DNA of 64,000 bases from an uncultured Gammaproteobacteria bacterium (GTDB lineage: Bacteria > Patescibacteriota > Patescibacteriia > CAYZDG01), in assembly GCA_964536515.1 (NCBI GenBank), contig CAZHXI010000002.1, forward strand, positions 60,908 through 124,907. Direction: 5' to 3'. Both the position numbers and the translations under genes were made by a program. Below, piece after piece: positions 55,774 through 64,000 of this stretch. Numbering within the stretch: the stretch's first letter is position 1; each line of letters begins with the position of its first letter. Under the pieces are notes generated by a model. It saw nothing but the letters and a program-made list of their open reading frames with translations, searched no databases and had not been told where the DNA came from.

Positions 55774-56493
55774 CTAATTATGTACCTCGCCCATACTGGA
55801 GTAAACAGTACGCCTCTTTCGCCAGAACTTAACAAATAGCGCAACGCTGGTGGAAACCCTCCGCCACCGCCCCTCGTGAAGATACTCCAGACTCCACTTA
55901 AATGGCAGATCGCCGAAGTAAACAACGCGGACCCGGCACCGCCCGGCAAGGAGCTCCTCAATGAAGCGCTCGATGCTCGGCCAACCGGCAAAGTGGCCAT
56001 GCCAGCCGGCAAAAAATAGTATCGCGTCATCACCATTGTCATCACCTGCCACGGTGAACTCTCCCCTATTCGGTATTCTTACATTGATCCAACCGTTTGG
56101 CTGACGGATCGCGTCGCCGCCATGGCTCTGGGCTATCCGCAGAAGGCGCAAAAATAGCCAGCTGACGCTAGCCCCGGGAATATTCATCATCTTTCCATCC
56201 TCGATAGCCATCTCAACCTGATCAATGCTGTAGGTCTTCTCGAACCACTCATCGTTCATTTCCTTCAAAATCTCAAAGCTAAGTTCTGGGATGTCGTGGC
56301 TTCCAAGTACTGAGTCTATGCCGCACTTTGGACATATCGCTGTCTGTCCAATTCCTGAATCATCGCCATCTGTCCACTCATCGATCTCACTTGGCGGAAA
56401 TACTCTTAAGCAATAGAAGCAGCCGCACTCTTTGCTCGAAAGAATTGCCTCTCTGTGATTCTTGCTGAATCTATGAATCGCTGCGTAGTCCAC
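55774..56493 (-). CDS. Hypothetical protein, N-terminal Cys-rich (CGCFYC...CPKC) domain fused to a second domain
   Basis: Zn-binding-like motifs in the first ~85 aa. Confidence 0.7.
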   Translation of the reverse strand: MDYAAIHRFSKNHREAILSSKECGCFYCLRVFPPSEIDEWTDGDDSGIGQTAICPKCGIDSVLGSHDIPELSFEILKEMNDEWFEKTYSIDQVEMAIEDGKMMNIPGASVSWLFLRLLRIAQSHGGDAIRQPNGWINVRIPNRGEFTVAGDDNGDDAILFFAGWHGHFAGWPSIERFIEELLAGRCRVRVVYFGDLPFKWSLEYLHEGRWRRVSTSVALFVKFWRKRRTVYSSMGEVHN

Positions 56494-56537
56494 AAACCCC
56501 TATTGCTTGTTCAAAATATAGAGCACTACCTCGCCTG

Positions 56538-56924
56538 CTAATGGCCCACACGTGCCATCTCGACCTCTAAAGCCTTCCAGGTAGACACCGCGTATACAGC
56601 CGCAAAGGCTACAAACCAGTAATTGACTTCCCCCGGTGCCAGCGCAACAGCGGCCGCGGATAGCCCCATAATCGCAAGCGCTGCGCCCATCGCCCAAGCC
56701 TTACCCCGATAGACGAAATAAACAAAGGCTAGCAGCCGTACGCTTGCCGGGGCCGAAAGACCGGGGACACTATCGAGGCGCATTAACAACGTAGAGGCGA
56801 CGATCGAAGTCAGGGCTAGCCCCTTCCGACGCGACGCGAGCGCCCAAAGATCGTGGTAGTGCTCTACCTGGTATTTGAGAGTACGAACCTCAGGGTTAGC
56901 TATCATTTCAACAAGGCTGGGCAT
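56538..56924 (-). CDS. Hypothetical membrane protein
   Basis: 4 hydrophobic segments. Confidence 0.6.
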   Translation of the reverse strand: MPSLVEMIANPEVRTLKYQVEHYHDLWALASRRKGLALTSIVASTLLMRLDSVPGLSAPASVRLLAFVYFVYRGKAWAMGAALAIMGLSAAAVALAPGEVNYWFVAFAAVYAVSTWKALEVEMARVGH

Positions 56925-56963
56925 AGTTAGTAGCTATTCACTAAGACGTGCGATTAACTAGAC

Positions 56964-57221
56964 TCACAATCGATCTATCTTCTCTAGTTCCTCGAAGAAG
57001 TCAATCTCGCCGAATAGGTAGGGTCTATCGGTAGTCGGCGAATCTGCCATGCAAAGAAGTTCGATTGCATGCCAGAGATCATTGTCTAAGCCATAGATCG
57101 ACTCTTCGTTATTCTTAATCCAGTGCTCGGCCCATTCTGATGCCTGCATTCGTGAAATTTTTCTACCTATGAGTGCCTTATACTTAGCAACAACCTCACC
57201 CCTAAGTAGGACTTGATCCAT
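56964..57221 (-). CDS. Small acidic protein, candidate orphan immunity protein
   Basis: 85 aa, lower GC, downstream of the toxin modules. Confidence 0.55.
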   Translation of the reverse strand: MDQVLLRGEVVAKYKALIGRKISRMQASEWAEHWIKNNEESIYGLDNDLWHAIELLCMADSPTTDRPYLFGEIDFFEELEKIDRL

Positions 57222-57252
57222 AGACGATTACGCTGCTCTACTGATACGGGTT

Positions 57253-57873
57253 TCAATGTGTTTCCGTTCCTGCAGTGAGGCGGCCGTACTCGTCGAAGAG
57301 AGGGCGGGGTTTGGTGAAGTCGACTAGCTCAGGGTGCTCCCACCAGAATTCGATGGGGAAATCATCTGTGGTTACCTGAGCCTTTGTTCTATTGGAACAA
57401 TACTTTGTCATAACCAACCAGAGCTCATCATCAATCTTATCGAGTAGCTCGAGACTCCCTGCATCTACTTGAATGTGCTGTGATTCTCGAAGTAGCCACT
57501 GGATATCCGAACGTAAATCAATCACTTCCTCTAAATCGAAATCTGCGTCTGCGGGCCAATCCTTAGCGAAGCCTACGTGTCGCTCCAATCGAGCTAACAG
57601 CTGTAGGTATCCATTCTTCAACTCCTCCCCCAAACTCGCCATCTGATTTAACTTTTCCTTAAACACGATCGCGATCTCTGTAAAACCTCTTTGGACGTCG
57701 GCAGCACACCACGTGATGGCGAATTTGCCGCGAGCATATGCGATAACCGCCTGAAGGATCGGCTTCAACTCATAGTCGTTTCGAACTGCCAGCTCGTCGT
57801 CCAAATAGGAGACCAGTAGTCGCGTACTCTCTCGAACTATCGCTGAAGAACGCTCCCGCTTATCGTACGCCAT
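57253..57873 (-). CDS. Putative immunity protein for the orphan RHS toxin
   Basis: Start overlaps the toxin 3' end; acidic; lower GC. Confidence 0.65.
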   Translation of the reverse strand: MAYDKRERSSAIVRESTRLLVSYLDDELAVRNDYELKPILQAVIAYARGKFAITWCAADVQRGFTEIAIVFKEKLNQMASLGEELKNGYLQLLARLERHVGFAKDWPADADFDLEEVIDLRSDIQWLLRESQHIQVDAGSLELLDKIDDELWLVMTKYCSNRTKAQVTTDDFPIEFWWEHPELVDFTKPRPLFDEYGRLTAGTETH

Positions 57874-59137
57874 ATGATTGTTTGTATGTTTCGAGGTAAT
57901 TAGGAGCTATGACACCATACGAAGCATCTGGATTCGTAGGGTCTAACCTGTTGCCAACTGTATTGCCACTCTTGAAGGGAAAGACAGACCCAATTGTACC
58001 ATCGGGCTCAACGAACACACCAATATTTCGATCTTTATCAACTTTCAGTAGATTCAATTTCTCTCCATTTTTTCCAAAGCCCAAATAATATGCATAGTTA
58101 CCGTTTGTGGAGTCAGCTATTTCGTTACCCAACTTCCTTAGCTCGTCCGCCCCTCTTACGTTGATGCCAGCTGCGCGGAAGTCAGCACGGTGCCTACTGA
58201 AATGCCAATTCAAATTCTTGAATGGTCTGAGGCCGTCTGCTGATCGCACAGGCCTTAGCGCGGTCGATGCATCGATCGCCCTATCTATAGCTCTTACAGC
58301 CTTCCCCCCGTACTTCACCGCATCGGCCACGTCGTCCACGGGCGAGAAGGTTAGAGCTGCGAAGGCTACCGCCATCCCCTTGTCGAGGCCCGTGGCGTTC
58401 GGGTCGGTGAATGCGGTATGGACGTCCCTCGCGGTCGCGTACGCGTCGTACGCCTGCCAGGCGAGGTAGGCGCCCATGATCAGGAACGGAATAAAGTTGC
58501 CATCCGGGTCGGTGTACTTCACCGGATTATTGGCCGCGTAGGCGTACGGGTGCAGGTACCGCCAGGGGTCTGCCAGTATCCCCTGCAGGTTCCGCTGGCC
58601 CTGGAGCTGGAGGGTCAGGGGGTCGATTTGGGTGAACCTGGCGGACGTCGGATCATAGTACCTCGCCCCGAAGTAGTACCAGGAACTCGGGTCTAATTCC
58701 TTGCCGGTGTAGGAGCGCGCGGGGAGGGGCAGGTCGCCGTTCAGCTTATCGAAGCGGCGGAGGCCGTAGGGCTCCTGGTCCACGGCCGAGGCCAGGTCGC
58801 CGGACTGGCCCGTTCCCAGGGGCGACGAGCCCAGGGCGTCCGGGTGCAGGTACTGGACCGCGGGCGGCTGGGACTTGGGGATGGTCACCTGGGCCAGGCG
58901 CCTGCCGGGGGCGTCCAGGAAGAGGCGGGCGTCGCCGCTATCGTCCTCCTCGTAGGTGCCGGCGTAGTAGGTTACGGACGGGTCCAGCTCGTCCCCCACC
59001 ACGTCGTGCGTGCGGAGGGCGCGCTGGCCGGCGTGGTCGTACGAGATTGAAAAGATAGTCTTCTGGGATGAGAAAATAATGGTCTGCGGCTCGGTGCCGG
59101 TGAAATCACCGGATGGCGAGAGCAAGGTGGAGTTCAA
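57860..59137 (-). CDS. Orphan RHS core fragment with alternative C-terminal toxin
   Basis: YTGKELD, YFGARYYDP, YAANNPVKYTDPDG cleavage motif, then a divergent C-terminus containing LNWHFSRH; homology to the main RHS gene begins only at 59041. Confidence 0.85.
   Translation of the reverse strand: MNSTLLSPSGDFTGTEPQTIIFSSQKTIFSISYDHAGQRALRTHDVVGDELDPSVTYYAGTYEEDDSGDARLFLDAPGRRLAQVTIPKSQPPAVQYLHPDALGSSPLGTGQSGDLASAVDQEPYGLRRFDKLNGDLPLPARSYTGKELDPSSWYYFGARYYDPTSARFTQIDPLTLQLQGQRNLQGILADPWRYLHPYAYAANNPVKYTDPDGNFIPFLIMGAYLAWQAYDAYATARDVHTAFTDPNATGLDKGMAVAFAALTFSPVDDVADAVKYGGKAVRAIDRAIDASTALRPVRSADGLRPFKNLNWHFSRHRADFRAAGINVRGADELRKLGNEIADSTNGNYAYYLGFGKNGEKLNLLKVDKDRNIGVFVEPDGTIGSVFPFKSGNTVGNRLDPTNPDASYGVIAPNYLETYKQSYGVR
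58527..59041. repeat. ~515-bp direct repeat of the RHS core (orphan copy)
   Basis: Near-identical to 60540-61054, offset 2013 nt. Confidence 0.9.
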
Positions 59138-59217
59138 AATAACGGACTACTCAGACTACCGCCCGAACGGCAGGTGCCCTACTGGCTAGCAGAGCGATAT
59201 AGTTCCACAAGAGGCCA

Positions 59218-59241
59218 AAGCCGCCCCCGAAGGGGCGGCTT
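59218..59241. terminator. Hairpin between the immunity gene and the orphan module
   Basis: AAGCCGCCCC-CGAA-GGGGCGGCTT. Confidence 0.65.
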
Positions 59242-59272
59242 GCCCGGCGATTCAAGTATTGCAGAAAATTAA

Positions 59273-59836
59273 TTAATTTACCCCACCCTTAACATTGCCA
59301 CTATCTAGATCAACTTCAAAAACTTCATCGGCCTCACTGCGTATATCATAGTACTTTCCCACTATCCGACCGTTGGAGAGTTCTACGATGTCGAAACCAT
59401 CGAAGGCGAGCCGCCCCGTCTCCCACTTAACCCCCTCACCGGAATAGGCGACCAATCTCGTGAGGTCTGCAAATACGATCAGGCCCTTCTCAGGAACAAC
59501 TCGAATATCCGTAATTGGCTGGAGCGGTAATTCAACACACGTTAATGGGTCACCGTACCGCACAATGTAGCCACGGCCGTTCGAAACTACGCAGATACCC
59601 AAACCATCTGGCATGGCGAATATGCCATTGACCCCGTTGGGTGCCAATGTGCCGGGAGCGAAAACGCCCAGCCATGGCTCACCGTTTTTCGGTGTAACCC
59701 TCACGATCAAACCATCTTTACCGCCCTGAGTCGATGCTCCCGGGTAGTAATACGTGGGCATGCCAGCGAGCGTCTCCGTGGAAAGCTCAGCCCCATACTC
59801 TACCCTTGATATTTTATCTGATGAGACAGTGGTCAT
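59273..59836 (-). CDS. Putative immunity protein for the main RHS toxin
   Basis: Immediately downstream of the toxin; lower GC. Confidence 0.7.
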   Translation of the reverse strand: MTTVSSDKISRVEYGAELSTETLAGMPTYYYPGASTQGGKDGLIVRVTPKNGEPWLGVFAPGTLAPNGVNGIFAMPDGLGICVVSNGRGYIVRYGDPLTCVELPLQPITDIRVVPEKGLIVFADLTRLVAYSGEGVKWETGRLAFDGFDIVELSNGRIVGKYYDIRSEADEVFEVDLDSGNVKGGVN

Positions 59837-59854
59837 ATAATCTTAAGTGTCTAG

Positions 59855-62800
59855 CTAGGGCTGAGGCCTAAAGAAACGATGCATAACGAGTTCCAAAGCT
59901 CCAGACAATGAGGGACGCGTGGCGATTTCATAGATGCCGTTTACTCCGTTGATCGACCCGGGCATTGTGTACATTCTGCTGTCATTTGAATAGCCGGGTC
60001 GCGATTTATTGAAGTAACTTGGTGTGGTCTTAACAGCGCCTTCGCCCATTATGACATCATCGAATGACTCAGGGAAATTGTGGTAAAGCAGATCTCGACC
60101 GTCAATACGCCTATTAAGTTCACGCGCTGAGTACATCCGCATCGCGCTACTCCTGGAAACCGCCCCCTCCGTGCCTGCCGCGCCCCCAACCTTGCCTAAC
60201 GTCGCAGTCTCAATGCCGCCAGCGGTCAAGGCGCCCACAATTGCTACCTGCTCAAGACTCGGCTTTGCCATAAAGTCATTGAATTTTTTTTCAACTCCCT
60301 TTGCCACTGCCTTAGCGGTACCACCGGGGTCGCTCACAATTGCCGCCGAGGCAGCATCAACGTTGGCCATATTCTGAATGGCCATCTCCTGGCCGACGCC
60401 AATGGGATTCTTATTAACTTGGTTCAACACCGATAGCCCCTGGCTAGCCCGCTGAACGAAGCCGCTTATAAACGCTCCTGCGTGAGCCAAGGCAGCCTTT
60501 ATCGAGAAGTTCCCCTCCAAATCTACGTTAGTGAGCGGGTTATTGCTCGCGTAGGCATAGGGGTGCAAGTACCGCCACGGGTCGGCGAGGATACCCTGGA
60601 GATTACGCTGGCTTTGCAGCTGGAGGGTCAGGGGGTCGATTTGGGTGAACCTTGCCATGTCCGGCTGGTAATACCGCGCCCCGAAGTAGTACCACGAGCT
60701 GGGGTCCAGCTCCTTGCCGGTGTAGGAGCGCGCGGGGAGGGGCAGGTCGCCGTTCAGCTTCTCGAACCGGCGGAGGCCGTAGGGGTCCTGGTCAACGGCC
60801 GAGGCCAGGTCGCCGGACTGGCCGGTGCCCAGGGGCGACGAGCCGAGGGCGTCCGGGTGCAGGTACTGGACCGCGGGCGGCTGCGACTTGGGGATAGACA
60901 CCTGGGCCAGGCGCCTGCCGGGAGCGTCCAGGAACAGGCGGGCGTCGCCGGTGTCGTCCTCCTCGTAGGTGCCGAGGTAGTAGGTTACGGACGGGTCCAG
61001 CTCGTCCCCCACCACGTCGTGGGTGCGGAGGGCGCGCTGGCCGGCGTGGTCGTAGAGGTAGGTGTCGCGGTAGCCCTCCTCGCCCGCCCAGTAGGTGGAG
61101 GTGCCAAGGCGGCCGAAGCCGTCGTAGGCGTACAGGTTGCTGCCGACCTCAACCAGGTTGCCGGCGTCGTCCCACAGGAAGCCCATCAGCCCGTCGCCCC
61201 CGACGGTGGCGTGGCTGGCGCGGTACGGATGGCTATTGTAGCCCAGGCGGTACAGGTTGGCGTCGCCGCGGGTCCGCATGTTGCCCAGGCTGTCGTACGA
61301 GAAGGTGGACGACGCGTCCTCGCTGCCGGCGTACGTACCCTGCACGCCGACCAGCCTATCCAGGGCGTCGTAGGCAAAGGTGCGGTCGCTGCCGAGCGGC
61401 TCTACGGATGCATCCACCAAATGGGTAACGTTGCCCACGGCGTCGTAGGTGTAGGAGAGGTCCTGCATGTAGCTGCCCTCCTCACCCGTGGTGCGCCGCG
61501 CCAGGCGGTACCCATCTGCCGGGGTGTACGTGTCCCGCGTTACCAAGCCGTTGCCGTACACAACAGACTCCAGCTGGCCGAGGGGGGTGTAGCTCAACGC
61601 CGTGGCGATCCGCAGCTCGGGTATAGGAATGACTACTTGGCGCTGGGGGCCGCCACTCTGCCAACTCGGCGCGCTCCCGCTGGCCAATGTCCCGTTGTTG
61701 CCGCTCAGACTTAAATCGGCGAGCGTAGTTCCGGTAGCCTCGTTCATTGCCCAGTATCCAACTAGTCCGGCCTGGGCGAGCAGGGGTTGGTTGTAGGTTG
61801 CAGCGATCTGCGACGGGGTGCGGACTGTTTGCCAGATGCGTACTCCTGCCAAGCCGCCGATGAGCGATTCATTGCCGGGCGTGTCATCGTACGCCCAACC
61901 GAGGCGGAGCCAGCTATTATTCGGGACTAGCGTCCACCCGAAGGAACGGGCATCCCCAAGCTGCTGTCCGTCGCGGAAGAACTTCACCTGGCCGTTGGCG
62001 AGATCGTAGGTGAACGCGTAGTGGTGCCAGCCCGTGCCGGCATCCCCCAGGGTCACGGTAGATTGGGCGTAGCGAGTGATCCACTCATTGCCGCCCCAAA
62101 TGCGCGCGTGGAAAAGCAACTTATCATTCCCATCAATCTGGAAGAGGTAGTTACCGCCGTAGCTGACCTGCACATTCCCCTTCGAGACAAGGGTGTAGGC
62201 ACCATTCGCCGGAGCGTTACTACCGTAGGACACCCACGCCTCTACAGTGAGGGTACTTGTGGCATCTAGGGTATCGTTCTCCGGAACCTCTACGTACTGC
62301 AATCCTGAGAACGAGAGAGCCGAGGTGGTTGTGGTCGCCGTACTCGTAACAGAGGCGTTGGGGCGGTAGGTTGTCTCAGCCCAGCGACCGAGACGGTCGT
62401 AGCTGCTGCTCACGTGCGAGTTACTCGGCTCAACCCGCAGCACCTCGCGGCCGGGTAGGTCGAACCGGTACTCCTGGTCGAACCGGGCGCCCGCAATGTT
62501 CCTGCTGACGTACGTGGTACGGCCCAGGCGGTCGTAGCCGTAGGTTGTACCAACGTTCCGATGAATCGCCTCACGCAGCCTGCCCACGCCGAAGCTGCCG
62601 GTGTGGTCGTAGCTGTAGGTGGTGTCTGTACCCGCCGTGGACGGGTCGTTGGCCGTCAACGGGCGGTTCAGCGAATCGTAGGTGTAGTGGGTAGTGGCGC
62701 CGCGGGGGTCGGTGCTAGACGTTACGTTGCCAGCGGCATCGTAGGCGTAGGCCCAGACGTCCGGAACGGATGACGTCGCGTGCCAGTCTGTCTGCGTTAG

Positions 62801-64000
62801 CAGCCTGCCCTGCCCGTCGTAGGTAAACTCGCGGGTGTTGCCGCCTGGGTCCTGCATGTCCGTCAGCCTACCGGCGGCATCCCAGGTGTAGCTGTACGTT
62901 ATTGGCTGGCTGTTGAGCCAACGGGTTACACGCACCAGCCGCCCCTGGCCGTCACGCTCCTGCTCGGCTACTCGGCCCAACGCATCTGTTACACGTGTAA
63001 CCAAACCGTCATAAGCCACGGATGTGTTCCCCGCCGGGGCGTAGACATTGGTAACGCGACCGGCTGGATCGTACGCGTAGGTGGTGCTGGGCACGCCAGA
63101 GGCGGGCGCGGCGTAGCTGCTGCCAGACCCACGGTACGGCAAGCTCTGCCGCGCTACCCTGCCCCGCGAGTCGTACAACGTGTCGCTGACGATGTACGTA
63201 GACGTCGCCTCCAGCGCCCGAGTCTGGATGACCCGACCCGCGCCGTCTGCGTAGGTGAAGTCAATGCTCGGATCCAAATCTTGAACTCCGTCGAAGGCCT
63301 CGTGGCGTACCCATACCGGACGGGCGCTGTCGCCGTAGCTCCACCGCTCTGCCAGTACAGTCCCCGGTGCGTCCGGATTCTGGATCCAGCGCTCCAGCGG
63401 CCGGCCGAAGCCATCGCGGATCCAACGCTCGTTGGAGCCGTTGGCATCGGTGCTGCTGGCCACCTGCCGCGTGGCTAGGTCTACCTGCTGCAGGCTGGTC
63501 TGGCCCAGCGGATTCGTGCTCGCCGTAGGTACCAGGTGGTACGTAGGGTCGTAGCTGAAGGTGGTGGTTGCCCCGCGCGGGTCGCTGCTCGCGGCCACGT
63601 TGGCGTAGCTGTCGTACGTGGCGTACACCGCGCTGCTCGGCAGCTTGTCTTCCACCCTGGTGGGCTTACCCTGGCTCACCTGGCCCAGGGGCAGCCCGTC
63701 GTAGCGGATCTCCTTCTCGGCAATGGTTCCCTGGAATAGATCGCCCACTAAGGTGAGTTGTGGCGCGCCCAATATATGCATTGAGCTGGAGGCGTAGCTG
63801 TACGACTGTATGCTCTGATCATTTCCCAAATCGCCGTTGATGAAGCCGTTGCCAAAATTAACATCGGCGATGCCATGGGTACGGGTCTCGTACTCATTGC
63901 CATTCGTAATGTCGTAGTACCGCTCTACGCCAGTGGCCGTATAGGACCCATCCGATTCGCGCACGAATGATGACGTCATACCCGGAAAAACGAACATTCT
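59855..64000 (-). CDS. RHS/YD-repeat polymorphic toxin with inserted LamG-like domain (partial, open to the window end)
   Basis: Many YD repeats, RHS core, YASNNPLTNVDLEG cleavage motif, C-terminal domain with YHNFP...HRFF. Confidence 0.93.
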   Translation of the reverse strand, partial: RMFVFPGMTSSFVRESDGSYTATGVERYYDITNGNEYETRTHGIADVNFGNGFINGDLGNDQSIQSYSYASSSMHILGAPQLTLVGDLFQGTIAEKEIRYDGLPLGQVSQGKPTRVEDKLPSSAVYATYDSYANVAASSDPRGATTTFSYDPTYHLVPTASTNPLGQTSLQQVDLATRQVASSTDANGSNERWIRDGFGRPLERWIQNPDAPGTVLAERWSYGDSARPVWVRHEAFDGVQDLDPSIDFTYADGAGRVIQTRALEATSTYIVSDTLYDSRGRVARQSLPYRGSGSSYAAPASGVPSTTYAYDPAGRVTNVYAPAGNTSVAYDGLVTRVTDALGRVAEQERDGQGRLVRVTRWLNSQPITYSYTWDAAGRLTDMQDPGGNTREFTYDGQGRLLTQTDWHATSSVPDVWAYAYDAAGNVTSSTDPRGATTHYTYDSLNRPLTANDPSTAGTDTTYSYDHTGSFGVGRLREAIHRNVGTTYGYDRLGRTTYVSRNIAGARFDQEYRFDLPGREVLRVEPSNSHVSSSYDRLGRWAETTYRPNASVTSTATTTTSALSFSGLQYVEVPENDTLDATSTLTVEAWVSYGSNAPANGAYTLVSKGNVQVSYGGNYLFQIDGNDKLLFHARIWGGNEWITRYAQSTVTLGDAGTGWHHYAFTYDLANGQVKFFRDGQQLGDARSFGWTLVPNNSWLRLGWAYDDTPGNESLIGGLAGVRIWQTVRTPSQIAATYNQPLLAQAGLVGYWAMNEATGTTLADLSLSGNNGTLASGSAPSWQSGGPQRQVVIPIPELRIATALSYTPLGQLESVVYGNGLVTRDTYTPADGYRLARRTTGEEGSYMQDLSYTYDAVGNVTHLVDASVEPLGSDRTFAYDALDRLVGVQGTYAGSEDASSTFSYDSLGNMRTRGDANLYRLGYNSHPYRASHATVGGDGLMGFLWDDAGNLVEVGSNLYAYDGFGRLGTSTYWAGEEGYRDTYLYDHAGQRALRTHDVVGDELDPSVTYYLGTYEEDDTGDARLFLDAPGRRLAQVSIPKSQPPAVQYLHPDALGSSPLGTGQSGDLASAVDQDPYGLRRFEKLNGDLPLPARSYTGKELDPSSWYYFGARYYQPDMARFTQIDPLTLQLQSQRNLQGILADPWRYLHPYAYASNNPLTNVDLEGNFSIKAALAHAGAFISGFVQRASQGLSVLNQVNKNPIGVGQEMAIQNMANVDAASAAIVSDPGGTAKAVAKGVEKKFNDFMAKPSLEQVAIVGALTAGGIETATLGKVGGAAGTEGAVSRSSAMRMYSARELNRRIDGRDLLYHNFPESFDDVIMGEGAVKTTPSYFNKSRPGYSNDSRMYTMPGSINGVNGIYEIATRPSLSGALELVMHRFFRPQP
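60540..61054. repeat. ~515-bp direct repeat of the RHS core (main gene copy)
   Basis: Near-identical to 58527-59041. Confidence 0.9.

Noticed and set aside
58527-61054. Diversity-generating retroelement TR/VR pair
   Set aside because: Differences between the repeats are mostly synonymous and not adenine-specific, and no reverse transcriptase is present; an RHS orphan module explains it

Overview
64-kb window of a GC-rich bacterial genome with a gene repertoire typical of Patescibacteria/CPR (Parcubacteria-like); this taxonomy is inferred from gene content. Core features: a large S-layer-like protein beside a TPR-bearing O-antigen-ligase-like enzyme and glycosyltransferases, an ECF sigma/DUF5667 pair, a minimal dcw cluster (mraZ-rsmH-ftsL-ftsI-murF), dnaB-ybaB-recR, rplJ-rplL, eno with two tandem gpmI, pgk and three tRNAs (Pro-CGG, Lys-TTT, Glu-CTC). 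The most unusual structures are: (1) a small GIY-YIG nuclease plus an intact tRNA-Pro nested between the 5' and 3' halves of a broken tRNA-Pro, each half carrying a near-identical 30-nt double-hairpin insertion in a tRNA loop; (2) an alpha-oxoamine-synthase gene coupled to a 7TM/GAF histidine kinase, where the synthase and sensor half look compositionally distinct from the kinase core (candidate CqsA/CqsS-like signalling module); (3) a graspetide (ATP-grasp RiPP) precursor and ligase; (4) an RHS polymorphic toxin with an inserted LamG domain, an orphan toxin/immunity module and a poly-immunity tail; (5) a promoter-to-terminator ~150-nt unit carrying an 11-nt Shine-Dalgarno match but no start codon, in a window where many core genes look leaderless. 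All calls come from reading the sequence and recognising motifs; no database searches were run.
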